Of a DNA stretch of 64,000 nt, positions 17,975-27,523 are shown in pieces. The stretch's first letter is position 1. Each line of letters opens with the position of its first letter. The translations under genes and the position numbers were made by a program. The stretch spans positions 26,944 through 90,943 of the forward strand of contig JAURWR010000127.1 of assembly GCA_030654805.1 (NCBI GenBank), written 5' to 3'. Below the pieces are notes generated by a model. It had not been told where the DNA came from and ran no database searches. It worked only from the letters and a program-made list of their open reading frames with translations. The DNA is from Burkholderiaceae bacterium. GTDB lineage: Bacteria; Pseudomonadota; Gammaproteobacteria; Burkholderiales; Burkholderiaceae_C.

Positions 17975-18321
17975 CGTTGGCACTCCTGTACCCATAACTA
18001 GGAACTGCGTGAGTATGAACCCCTATTTGCAGCCCGTCATCAATCCGGTGGGGACCCATGGTCCGCACCGTCGATCGATCACATCGGCCCAGACATCCGG
18101 CATGTTCCCGGCCCTGTCGCACCACCCATAGCCAGCCCGAACGGATCAGTCCCGATGGCATGCCTGCCGTTCGAGATTCATGTGACAAAACGTATGGTCG
18201 CGCCGTCCGTGCCGGGCCTTGTCGAGGCTGCGCACGACCAGAACCAACGAATGTCACGGCCTTCATCGGCTCAATTTGCAATTCAGACTGCTTCTGCGGC
18301 CTCAACTCAATCACGACTCAC

Positions 18322-20436
18322 ATGCTGACGATCCAGTCCACTGCCGCACCCGCCGCGAAAATCCGGCTCCGGGTTCCAACCAGCCTACGACATCGGTTGG
18401 CGGCACCGCGGACCTTCGCGCTCGTGCCCGTGCTGGCAGCGTTCTCGGTCGCCTTGGTCCTCACCGATGCTTCGGCTGCCGATTTCACCATCAGCACCCC
18501 CATCACATCGGGGCAGACGCTGGGTAGCAGCGCTGGCCAGACCGGCACCGTCACTGCGACGGGTACGCTGACGGTGAGCGGCGGCACCAACGCAGTCACC
18601 ATCAGCGGCAACAACGCCACCCTGACGAACCTGGGCACGATCAAGCAGACCGGAACGGGCCGTGTCATTCGAGACAACACGGGCGTGACGGGCTTGACCA
18701 TCACCAACGGCAGCCTGACCAACTCCAGCGCGCTGATGCAATCGGCGGACGCTGACGTCATCCAGATGAATGTGGCGGGCGGCAGCGTCATCCTGCACAA
18801 CTACGGCACGATGTCGTCCCTGAACGCCACGGCCGGCGGTGCGCAGGCCGTCGACTTCAGCGCCATCACGACTGGCGCGAACACGGTCAACAACTATGCC
18901 GGGGGCCTGCTGAAAGCCCTGGAGGCCGATGCGGTGCGCACCGGAGTCAACGGTGTCGTGAACAACCACGGCAGCATCCTCGCCATCACGAGCGTCGGCA
19001 GCAGCAGCGATGGCGTCGACTTCCAGAACAACTCGGGCGCGCAGATCACCAACTACGCCACGGGCACCATCACCGGTGGCCGCCACGGCGTCACCGGCGG
19101 TGCGCTCAACAGCACGGTGAGCTTCATCTCCTCGATCACCAATCAGGCCGGTGGCAGCATCCTCGGCAGCAACGGCTCGGGCATCAACCTCGACGGATTC
19201 AACAACAAGCAGCTGGTCACCATCGTCAACAGCGGCACGATCCGGGGCACCGGCGTCACGGGTGATGGCGACGGCGTCGACGTGGACGGCCTGGTCAACA
19301 TCACCAACAGCGGCATCATCCGTTCGACCAACTCCTTCAGCGCCGTGGCAGCCGGCGTTGCGTACAGCGAAGGCATCACCGTGGGTGGTGGCACGATCAT
19401 CAATTCGGGCACGATCGAAGGCTTGGTCAGCGTCGGCAACACGAATTCGCTGGGCCGCGGCATCACGCTGGCGGGCAACGACATCACGTCAGGCGCGTTC
19501 GCTGGCACGCGCGAAGCGATCTACGGCAACGCCGTCATCACCAACAACAACGGGGGTCTGATCCGCGGCCAGAACGACTCGGCGATCGTGGCGGAAGGTG
19601 CTGCCAGCATCTACACCGTCACCATCAACAACAACGCCGGCGCAACGATCCAGGGCGGAAGCGCTACCGCAGCGGCCATCCGCACCGGCTTCGACAACGA
19701 CACGATCATCAACCACGGAACGATCGACGGTTCCAGCAGCGGCCGGGCCATCGACATGGGCGGCGGCAGCAACACACTGAACATCGTCGGCGGTCAGGCA
19801 ATCGTCCTGGGCAACATCAACGGCGGCACCGGAGGCACCAACGCCGTCGTCATCCACCCAGGCGCGGGCAATGGTTTCAGCTACTCGGGGTCTCTGTCGA
19901 ACTTCAGCACGGTCGAGGTCCAGAGCGGTACCGTCACGTTGTCGGGCATCAGCACGTACAGCGGCAGCACCAACATCAGTGGCGGCAAGCTGGTGCTGGA
20001 CGGATCCAACCGCCTGGCTTCTTCGAGCGCGCTGGCATTGAACGGCGGAACGTTGAAGCTGGCGAATTCTGCTGGCGGCAATGGTCAAACCTTCTCCACC
20101 CTTCTCCTGGGTGCAGATTCGTCGATCGAACTGGGCGGCTCCTCGCTCACGTTCAATGCCCTGGGCACGATCGCGAGCGGTCGGACGCTCACCCTGTTCG
20201 ACTACGTCATGTCGACAACGCCGGGGTATGCGATTCGCATCCTCGGTGACGTCACCGGAAACGGGAACTTTCTGGCGCTGATGTCCGGACTGACGATCGA
20301 TGGCGTGGCGGCTGGCTACCACTTCGACGGCACGTACACCGACATCGCACCCGTGCCATTGCCTCCCAGCATGGTCCTGTTCTTGACGGGACTGGGCCTG
20401 ATCGGCTCGGTTGTCCGGCGCCGCGCCACTGTTTGA
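18322..20436 (+). CDS. PEP-CTERM-anchored beta-helix surface protein with autotransporter-associated beta-strand repeats
   Basis: ATG at 18322 with signal peptide ending ASAADF. Gly/Thr/Asn-rich repeats (GTLTVSGGTNAVTISGNNATLTN; SGTVTLSGISTYSGSTNISGGKLVL). C-terminal PVPLPPSMVLFLTGLGLIGSVVRRR sorting signal. Confidence 0.85.
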   Translation: MLTIQSTAAPAAKIRLRVPTSLRHRLAAPRTFALVPVLAAFSVALVLTDASAADFTISTPITSGQTLGSSAGQTGTVTATGTLTVSGGTNAVTISGNNATLTNLGTIKQTGTGRVIRDNTGVTGLTITNGSLTNSSALMQSADADVIQMNVAGGSVILHNYGTMSSLNATAGGAQAVDFSAITTGANTVNNYAGGLLKALEADAVRTGVNGVVNNHGSILAITSVGSSSDGVDFQNNSGAQITNYATGTITGGRHGVTGGALNSTVSFISSITNQAGGSILGSNGSGINLDGFNNKQLVTIVNSGTIRGTGVTGDGDGVDVDGLVNITNSGIIRSTNSFSAVAAGVAYSEGITVGGGTIINSGTIEGLVSVGNTNSLGRGITLAGNDITSGAFAGTREAIYGNAVITNNNGGLIRGQNDSAIVAEGAASIYTVTINNNAGATIQGGSATAAAIRTGFDNDTIINHGTIDGSSSGRAIDMGGGSNTLNIVGGQAIVLGNINGGTGGTNAVVIHPGAGNGFSYSGSLSNFSTVEVQSGTVTLSGISTYSGSTNISGGKLVLDGSNRLASSSALALNGGTLKLANSAGGNGQTFSTLLLGADSSIELGGSSLTFNALGTIASGRTLTLFDYVMSTTPGYAIRILGDVTGNGNFLALMSGLTIDGVAAGYHFDGTYTDIAPVPLPPSMVLFLTGLGLIGSVVRRRATV

Positions 20437-20958
20437 GCCTGCGGGCGGCGGCCCGTTCCGGGAAGGTCACTTGTGGCCTGCGCGTCGGCGGTCAATGTCT
20501 GGTCGTCGCGCGGGCCGAAGCGACTCGTTTGGTTCTGGCTGCCGATGGCAGTCGCATCGGCACCGCGCTTGGCAGTGCACTGAAGTTGATCGCAAGGTCC
20601 AAAGGAGGTCGACGAAGACAACGCCAACCTGCCGGGCGACGGGCTCACCATCGAGATGGAGTGCGAAGGTTGCGACTCAATCAATACTCGTGCTTGGTAT
20701 CGCTCAACACAAAGGCAGCACGTACTTTTCGTGGCACCGAGTTGAGGCAGCCTTCAACTTTGGGTCTTGCTGCTGCCCGTCTCTTGGCCGTCGTCTCGTG
20801 CTCCACCCTGGCGAGCCCGCAAGGCCTCCTGCGGTCTCCCGATGGAGTTGGAGTTGGAGACCCGCCTCGTCTGAGGTTGAAACAGTGACGCCATCCGCGT
20901 TAGCCAGTTTGACTTGAGCTGACGAGACAACGTACCGTGTCTTGAAAAGGGAGAGCAC

Positions 20959-21669
20959 ATGGCTGCAACCGAAACTGCACGACTGGCGGTCTTGATCGAC
21001 GCGGACAACGCGAGCGCATCGGTCGTCAAGGAATTGTTGGAGGAAGTGGCCAAGTACGGCACGGCGACTGTCAAGCGTGCGTATGGCGACTGGACCACGC
21101 AGAACCTCGTGGGCTGGAAGGAGCACCTGCACCGCCACGCCATTCAGCCGATGCAGCAGTTCGCCTATACCAAGGGCAAAAATTCCACCGACTCGGCATT
21201 CATCATCGATGCGATGGACCTGCTGTATGCCGGCAACGTCGACGGCTTCTGTCTGGTGTCCAGCGACAGCGACTTCACACGCCTGGCCACCCGGATGCGA
21301 GAAGCCGGCAAGGTGGTCTACGGCCTGGGCGAGCGCAAGACGCCGGAACCGTTCATTGCCGCCTGCGACAAGTTCATCTTCTTCGAGGTCTTGAAGCGGC
21401 CCTCAGAAGCTGCTTTGCCAGTTCAGGTGGACGGTATCCCAGACCTCAAGGAGCTTGTCATCCACGCAATCAAGGAAACCTCGCGTGACAGTGGCTGGGC
21501 TGCGCTGTCTTCAGTCGGCTCCTTCATCAACAAGAACAACACCTCGTTCGACCCGCGGAACTACGGCTTCAACAAGCTGAGTGAGCTGGTGCGCAAACAG
21601 ACCTTTTTGGAGGTCAAGGAAACGACGGACACCTCCGGCTTCGTTCATCTGTCGGTGCGAGCGCGCTGA
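20959..21669 (+). CDS. NYN (PIN-like RNase) domain protein with C-terminal OST-HTH/LOTUS domain
   Basis: ATG after AAGGGAGAG. LAVLIDADNAS...KRAYGDW...FCLVSSDSDFTRLATRMREAGKVVYG is typical of NYN/LabA. The C-terminal ~70 aa (GWAALSSVGSFINK...FNKLSELV) looks LOTUS-like. Confidence 0.85.
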   Translation: MAATETARLAVLIDADNASASVVKELLEEVAKYGTATVKRAYGDWTTQNLVGWKEHLHRHAIQPMQQFAYTKGKNSTDSAFIIDAMDLLYAGNVDGFCLVSSDSDFTRLATRMREAGKVVYGLGERKTPEPFIAACDKFIFFEVLKRPSEAALPVQVDGIPDLKELVIHAIKETSRDSGWAALSSVGSFINKNNTSFDPRNYGFNKLSELVRKQTFLEVKETTDTSGFVHLSVRAR

Positions 21670-21913
21670 CCGGTCAGGTGACCGGACGCGGATGCATCAT
21701 CGATGGGCCCGTTTGCCAAGGCTGATCAAGGGCAGGCTCCGCCCGGTGCAGCGAACCCTTGGCTGGGCGAGACAAACCCACCTGCTCCGGGCTAGGCGCG
21801 CTGGCGTCGCTTCGAAAGGCCAGCCGCCGAGCTTGTCCGGCGGCACGGACTCCCAGACTGAGCCGTAGCTAGTTGCTAGCTGGGCCCTGTTTGCCCCACT
21901 TTTGCCCCACTCC

Positions 21914-21948
21914 AAGAAAAAAGCACCTAGCCTTTCGGCTAAGTGCTT
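21914..21948 (-). terminator. rho-independent terminator downstream of tRNA-Val
   Basis: On the minus strand: AAGCACTTAGCC-GAAA-GGCTAGGTGCTT followed by TTTTCTT. Confidence 0.6.
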
Positions 21949-21965
21949 GATCTTCCTACCGAATT

Positions 21966-22042
21966 TGGTAGGCGCGAATGGACTCGAACCATCGACCCCC
22001 ACCATGTCAAGGTGGTGCTCTAACCAGCTGAGCTACGCGCCT
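21966..22042 (-). tRNA. tRNA-Val (anticodon GAC), CCA encoded
   Basis: 77-nt cloverleaf folded by hand. Acceptor AGGCGCG/CGCGCCT, D stem GCTC/GAGC, anticodon stem CCACC/GGTGG with loop TTGACAT, T arm GATGG-TTCGAGT-CCATT, discriminator A + CCA. Confidence 0.95.
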
Positions 22043-22095
22043 AAGCAGCCCAAGACTATATCAGGCTCGGGCTCATTTTTGTGAGCCTGATGCGG

Positions 22096-23337
22096 TCAGA
22101 ACTCGAGCACTTCTGTGCGAACGCCACGTTCTGAAAGCATTGCCTGGGCGACTTTCGCGTCGTCACGATTGCTGAATGGCCACAACACGGCCCGCCATCC
22201 CCCAGCGACCTTCATCAACTCACTGCGCGGCTTGCCTGGCAGCTCGCCAACCGATGCGCTGGACTCCATCAGCAGATGCCCGCGCTCGGCCATGGCGCGG
22301 GTGCGCGTGGAGACCGTCATCACGGCATACACGCGCCCGGTGTCTGGAGCAGCAGCCACTTCCTTGGTCGCAGGCGTGGTGGCTCGCAGGCGTTTGCCTT
22401 CGAGCAATGCGGCCGCGCGAACTTCGCTGCTGAGCTGGGGACGAATGGCCACGGGCGGTGGGCGCTCGCGAGGGACATCGACTGCTGCGCTCCGCTCGAT
22501 GGAAGCCTTCGGCACCGCCGCTGACGCGGTTGGTGATGCAGGCAAGGGCATCGACGCGGCTGAAGCGACAGCTGCCGATGCAGCGCGAACGGAAGCAGGC
22601 GCAACCGGTGATGGCTTCGAAGCCGAAGCTGCGCTCGCAGCAACCGGTGCCTGGTGGATCTTCTCGGTCGTCGCCGCGCTGGCCGCCGCAGGCATTGGCA
22701 ACGGTGCGGACGCAGGGGCTGGCGCAGAAGCTGAAGCCACCGCAGGCCGCGCCGCGATGGCCGCTGAAGACGCAGGGGCAGACGCAGACGCAGACGCAAC
22801 CAAGACCTTCGGCTGTTCCGCCGTGCCGATCAGCAGCGTCGCCATCACCCCACCGACCACCACCGCCGTCGCCGCAGCGGACGCACCGGCAATGCGGGGC
22901 ACGCTCCACGCCCGCGGGCCGATGATTTTCGGGAGCGGCCCGTTGCCAATCAACACACGACAACGATGGTCGCCGAGCTCGATGCTCGCAGTGCGCAGGT
23001 AAATCAACGCCAGTTCGGCCGATTCGTGGCCTGCATCGACGGGCACCACCTTTTGAGACCACGATGCCGCGCCTGGGTGTTCGCGGCTGCCGTTTTTCAC
23101 GGCGAAAGAGGAGACCTGCTTGGCTGTCAGCGGCGGGATGAAATCCTCGCTGAAGGCGGGAAGCAGACCTTTGTCAGGTTTTTTGGCTGGGGCATCTGAC
23201 GCGTCAGGCGAAACAAACGGCAGCACCACCACGCCGATCGAGCGCACGTGCGCAGACGTGATGCGTCGCGCCAACCCATGACGGTTGTGCCATGCCACCA
23301 CCTGGGCGATCAGTTCGTCGATGCGCGGCGTTTCCAT
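22096..23337 (-). CDS. membrane protein with Ala/Ser/Pro-rich linker and C-terminal SPOR-like domain
   Basis: ATG at 23337 (METPRIDELI). The track start at 23406 is TTG. One TM (AAATAVVVGGVMATLLIG), a long low-complexity ASAP region, and a C-terminal region resembling a SPOR fold (VYAVMTVST...GWRAVLWPFSNRDDAKVAQAML). Confidence 0.7.
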   Translation of the reverse strand: METPRIDELIAQVVAWHNRHGLARRITSAHVRSIGVVVLPFVSPDASDAPAKKPDKGLLPAFSEDFIPPLTAKQVSSFAVKNGSREHPGAASWSQKVVPVDAGHESAELALIYLRTASIELGDHRCRVLIGNGPLPKIIGPRAWSVPRIAGASAAATAVVVGGVMATLLIGTAEQPKVLVASASASAPASSAAIAARPAVASASAPAPASAPLPMPAAASAATTEKIHQAPVAASAASASKPSPVAPASVRAASAAVASAASMPLPASPTASAAVPKASIERSAAVDVPRERPPPVAIRPQLSSEVRAAALLEGKRLRATTPATKEVAAAPDTGRVYAVMTVSTRTRAMAERGHLLMESSASVGELPGKPRSELMKVAGGWRAVLWPFSNRDDAKVAQAMLSERGVRTEVLEF

Positions 23338-23406
23338 ACGTAACGACGATTTTCCCGGCGCATGCGCGGGTTCGAACGCGGGAACAGACGGGTTCGGGTC
23401 GCCCAA

Positions 23407-25677
23407 TCACTTGCGCCGGACCGACCTCACCCCTGCGACCTGCCCGACGAGACCGAGCACCTGGGACAGCCGAGCCGCATCGGCCACCTCGACGGTGAAC
23501 GTCATCCAGGCGGTGCCACCGCCGGTGTCCTTGAACGACTGCGTCTTCACGCTGGTGACGTTCATGCGGTCCTTGGAGAACACTTCGGAGATGTCGCGCA
23601 GCAGGCCCTGGCGGTCGGACGCCTCGACGATCACGTCGACCGGGTACATCGCTTCCTTGCCACCGCGTGGTGCGCCCCACGCCACGCTGATCACGCGCTC
23701 GGGCAAGCGCAGCGCCATCTGCTTGAAGTTGGAGCAACCGCGGCGGTGGATCGCAACACCCTTGCCGCGCGTCACATAGCCGCCGATCGCATCGGGCGGC
23801 GCCGGCCGGCAGCAACGCGACAGCGTCGTCAGCAGCGACTCGACCCCGACGACCAGCACGCCGCCCTTCGGAGACTCCCCTTCGGGCCGGCCCTTGCGCA
23901 GCGCTATCAGATCGTCGGCCGTCGGCTGCGGCTCCGGGGGTTTCAACAGCGTCTCGATATTGCGCAGCGAAAACTCGTCCTTGCCGACCACCTCGAACAA
24001 GGCGTCAGCCTGGCGGAAGCCGAGCTGACCCGCCAGATCGTCGAGCTTGACGGCTGTCTTGCCGATGCGTTGCAGCAGCTTCTCGACTGCTTCACGTCCG
24101 CGCGCGATCGTCTCGGCCTGCGCCCTCGCGTTGAACCAGGCGCGCACCTTGGCCTTGGACCGAGCGCTCCGCACATAGCCCAGCTCGGCGTTCAGCCAGT
24201 CCATCGACGGGCCGCCTTCCTTGGCAGCCGTCACCTCGACGGTCTGACCGTTGGCCAGCGGCGTGTTCAGCGGAACCATCGCACCGTCGACCTTGGCGCC
24301 GCGGCAGCGGTGCCCGAGATCGGTGTGCACTGCGTAGGCGAAATCGATCGGCGTCGCGCCGGCGGTCAGCTCGACCACGGCGGCCTGCGGGGTGAAGACG
24401 TAGATGCGGTCGTCAAAGGTTGCGCCGGCATCGGCATCGACCGAGGAGCCTGCGGCCTCCTCCTGCCCAACGAAATCGCGCTCCCAGGCCAGCAGCTGGC
24501 GCAAAACGCCCTTGCGGGCTTCGGCCAGCTGCGCGTCGAAATCGGAATCGGCCGCCACGGCGCCGGCATAGCCCTTGACCCCGGCCTCCTTGTAGGCCCA
24601 GTGCGCGGCCACGCCGTGCTCCGCGTGATCGTGCATCGCCTGCGTGCGGATCTGCACCTCGACCGGACGGTCGGCCTCGTCGAGCACCACGGTGTGCAGC
24701 GACTGGTAGCCGTTGGGCTTGGGTCGCGCGATGTAGTCGTCGAACTCGTCGGCCACCGGCGGCATCAGGTCGTGCACGCGGCTCAACGCGGCGTAGCAGT
24801 CGGGCACGCTGGCGACGATGACGCGCATCGCTCGCACATCGAGCACGCGGTCGAAGTCGAGGCTCTTTCCCTGCATCTTCTTCCAGATGCTGTACAGGTG
24901 CTTCGGCCGCCCCTGCACCTCGGCCGCGATGCCGTGCTCGCGCAACTGCTCGGCCAGCCGCTGGCGGAAGGCTTCGACGTGCTGCACGCGCTCGATGCGC
25001 TTCTCGTCGAGCAGTCGCGCGACGGTCTTGTACTTGTCGGGTTCGAGGAAGCGGAACGCGAGGTCCTCGATCTCCCACTTGATCTGCCAGATGCCGAGTC
25101 GGTTGGCGAGCGGAGCGAACACCTGCATCGACTCCCGGGCCAGCGGCTCCGGACAGGGCTGCTTGCTGGCGGCGTAATGACGCAGCGTCTGCAGACGCGA
25201 CGCCAGGCGCAGCAGCACCACCCGCAGATCGCGCGAGAACGCCAGCAGCATCTTGCGTACCCGTTCGGTCTGCTGCGCCCGCTGCTCGCCTTCGAACTGC
25301 GCTTCGCGTGCAGCCCGCTGGATCTGCACCAGCTTGCGGGTGTGCATGACGAGGCTGGCATGCGACGGACCGAACGCCTTCGCCACCGTCTCTTCCGGCT
25401 TCTGCAGGTAGTCGCCGGCGTAGACGAGGTAGGCCGCAGCGCGCATCGACGGCGCCGCACCGATGCCGTCGAGGATCGCGCTGACGCCGTCGGCATGCTT
25501 CAGAGCGTCTTCGCCGGTGTCGAGCTGCTGGCCAGCCAGCAGCGGTTCGGCAAACACGCGGGCGCGCTGGACCTGCGATTCGAGGTCTTCGTCCGTGTGG
25601 GTGTCGGCCACACCGGCATCGGCCAGCCGAACGATCGGAGCCGCAGTCGGTGGCGAGGAAGGCGCTGCAGTCTTCAT
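23407..25677 (-). CDS. relA: GTP pyrophosphokinase RelA ((p)ppGpp synthetase I)
   Basis: 756 aa with RelA/SpoT synthetase core (YSIWKKM, DVRAMRVIV, PNGYQSLHT), TGS and ACT regions. The N-terminal pseudo-hydrolase lacks the HD motif, so I call it RelA rather than SpoT. Confidence 0.93.
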   Translation of the reverse strand: MKTAAPSSPPTAAPIVRLADAGVADTHTDEDLESQVQRARVFAEPLLAGQQLDTGEDALKHADGVSAILDGIGAAPSMRAAAYLVYAGDYLQKPEETVAKAFGPSHASLVMHTRKLVQIQRAAREAQFEGEQRAQQTERVRKMLLAFSRDLRVVLLRLASRLQTLRHYAASKQPCPEPLARESMQVFAPLANRLGIWQIKWEIEDLAFRFLEPDKYKTVARLLDEKRIERVQHVEAFRQRLAEQLREHGIAAEVQGRPKHLYSIWKKMQGKSLDFDRVLDVRAMRVIVASVPDCYAALSRVHDLMPPVADEFDDYIARPKPNGYQSLHTVVLDEADRPVEVQIRTQAMHDHAEHGVAAHWAYKEAGVKGYAGAVAADSDFDAQLAEARKGVLRQLLAWERDFVGQEEAAGSSVDADAGATFDDRIYVFTPQAAVVELTAGATPIDFAYAVHTDLGHRCRGAKVDGAMVPLNTPLANGQTVEVTAAKEGGPSMDWLNAELGYVRSARSKAKVRAWFNARAQAETIARGREAVEKLLQRIGKTAVKLDDLAGQLGFRQADALFEVVGKDEFSLRNIETLLKPPEPQPTADDLIALRKGRPEGESPKGGVLVVGVESLLTTLSRCCRPAPPDAIGGYVTRGKGVAIHRRGCSNFKQMALRLPERVISVAWGAPRGGKEAMYPVDVIVEASDRQGLLRDISEVFSKDRMNVTSVKTQSFKDTGGGTAWMTFTVEVADAARLSQVLGLVGQVAGVRSVRRK

Positions 25678-26555
25678 TCGGCCAGCAGAAACTCCCTCAC
25701 GACCCGGACCTGGTCGGCCGACACCAGCGTCGGCGCGTGACCCACGCCATCGAACCGATGCAGTTGTGCACGCGGACCGCGGCCGGACATGGCCTGTGCG
25801 GTATCGGCTGTGAGCAGGTCGGAGTCGGCGCCGCGCAGCAGCAAGGTGGGGCAGGTGATCGCGTCATAGGCACGCCACAGCGCGACCTCGCCTGCGGCGG
25901 CCATTTCGGGCGTCGCCACCTTGAACGGCGCGGCCATCGCGGGGTCGTAGTGCAAATGGACACCGCCACCTTCGACGGATCGCAGCATCGGCCGGGTCAA
26001 GGCCAGCCACTGATCGCGGGTGTGTGGCCCGAAGCCCTTCGAGATCGTCAGCAGGTAATCCGCCGCCTGCTCGACGCTGTCCCAGCGCATCGGCAAACCG
26101 AGATAGGCGCCGATGCGCGCAATGGCCTTCGGTTCGAGCACCGGCCCCACGTCGTTCAACACCAGTCGGCCGATGGGCGACGGCGAGGCCCCGGACGCCA
26201 GCGCGGCCACGCCCATGCCGATCAGGCCGCCCATCGACGTGCCGACCCAATGCACCGTCTCGGCATTCACGCGCGCCAGCACCGTGACCATGTCGGCCAC
26301 GTAACGCGGAATGCTGTACTCCATCGCATTCGCCAGCCAGTCCGATTCGCCGCGGCCTGCGATATCTGGGCAGACGACCCGGTAGCGGTCGCACATCGCG
26401 GCCGCCAGCACATCGAAGTCGCGGCCCTGGCGCGTCAGCCCATGCACACACACCAGCACGCGCGGGTTGGCGGGATCGCCCCACTCCCAGTAGGCGACTC
26501 GGTGCAGCCCCTGGGTGTCGAGGCAGGGAACGTGGTGCAGGCGCGGCGTGTTCAT
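25674..26555 (-). CDS. alpha/beta hydrolase
   Basis: VLVCVHGLTRQGRDF and nucleophile elbow GTSMGG. Its stop overlaps the relA start by 4 nt. Confidence 0.85.
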   Translation of the reverse strand: MNTPRLHHVPCLDTQGLHRVAYWEWGDPANPRVLVCVHGLTRQGRDFDVLAAAMCDRYRVVCPDIAGRGESDWLANAMEYSIPRYVADMVTVLARVNAETVHWVGTSMGGLIGMGVAALASGASPSPIGRLVLNDVGPVLEPKAIARIGAYLGLPMRWDSVEQAADYLLTISKGFGPHTRDQWLALTRPMLRSVEGGGVHLHYDPAMAAPFKVATPEMAAAGEVALWRAYDAITCPTLLLRGADSDLLTADTAQAMSGRGPRAQLHRFDGVGHAPTLVSADQVRVVREFLLAE

Positions 26556-26598
26556 CGGGGCATCGTATCAATGCCCCGGGCCCGCCCGCATCGGTCTC

Positions 26599-27336
26599 TC
26601 ACTTCAGCATTTGCACCGTCCCGCTGACGGTCACCGACACGCTGGTCTGCCCGGCTTCGACCGGCAGCGGCGCGTCGGCAGACATCGACATCGCCTTCGC
26701 GCTGGCCAGCATCGGCACCGGTCCGCCGCCCTGATCGTTGTTGCCGACGTTGACCTCGCGGATCACGTAGCTGGCGTAGCCGAACTGCTGGGTCACCTGC
26801 GCCGCCTGCGCGCGATAGCGGCCGATCGCCTGCGCCATCACACTGCCTTCGGCCTTCTCGCGCTGCTCACGCGACAGGCCCTGCGCCACCCGGGCGATCG
26901 TCATCGTCTGGATGCGGCCGGCCAGCTGGCTGATGGCCTGCAGATCGCGACCTTCGATCACCAGCTCGGCCGTGCCTTGCCACCCATTCAGCGTGTTCTT
27001 GGTGGAATAGCGCGGATACATCGAGAAGTTGCCGGTGCGCACATCTACCTGACCCGGCCGCACCACCGGTCTCGATTCGGACAGCGCCGCATCGAGTGCC
27101 TGCTTCAGCGCCGCCTGAACCGCATGGGCATCGGCGCCTTCGCGCGTCGCGGTCAGCGTGACCGACATCAGGTCGCGCGTCACCTCGACGCTGGCCGTGG
27201 CGGTCAGCGCGACCACGCCGGTCGGCATCGTTGGTTCGGCCGCCAGCGCAGCGGTCGCGCACAGCGCTGCCACGGACGCAGGCAGCCAAGCCAGACGGCG
27301 AAGGGACAGGGTCGATCGGACTCGGGTCAGGCTCAT
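26599..27336 (-). CDS. SIMPL/DUF541 domain periplasmic protein
   Basis: Signal peptide followed by the typical layout (ATASVEVTRDLMSVTLT...AALKQALDAA). Confidence 0.8.
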   Translation of the reverse strand: MSLTRVRSTLSLRRLAWLPASVAALCATAALAAEPTMPTGVVALTATASVEVTRDLMSVTLTATREGADAHAVQAALKQALDAALSESRPVVRPGQVDVRTGNFSMYPRYSTKNTLNGWQGTAELVIEGRDLQAISQLAGRIQTMTIARVAQGLSREQREKAEGSVMAQAIGRYRAQAAQVTQQFGYASYVIREVNVGNNDQGGGPVPMLASAKAMSMSADAPLPVEAGQTSVSVTVSGTVQMLK

Positions 27337-27523
27337 GGTGTCGATTCGATTTCAGCGCGGACTGCGCCCGTGCAGGCTAACGCGGGTCGCCCGCCCAGGG
27401 ATGACGACCGGGCGCGCGGACCGGCGCTGCCACCCGACGGATATTTGTAACAGACGGTCAAAACCGACCCAATGGGCCTGCGAAGCCCCGCAGAATCTCG
27501 CTTGTTACAAATCGGAGAGTGCC

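Noticed and set aside
20411-20917. 168-aa and 151-aa + strand ORFs, and the 122/144-aa - strand ORFs, in the gap before the NYN gene
   Set aside because: They are mutually overlapping frames with Arg/Ser/Ala-rich products, no Shine-Dalgarno and no motif. The region is treated as non-coding.
17619-22095. Annotating the patch next to tRNA-Val as a mobile element or genomic island
   Set aside because: I could find no integrase, transposase or direct repeat of the tRNA 3' end by eye. I report it only as a compositional and organisational oddity.
23362-25740. 792-aa ORF on the + strand
   Set aside because: It is entirely antisense to relA, which has unmistakable conserved motifs. The product is Arg/Ala/Gly/His-rich with no motif. 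This is a typical high-GC shadow ORF.
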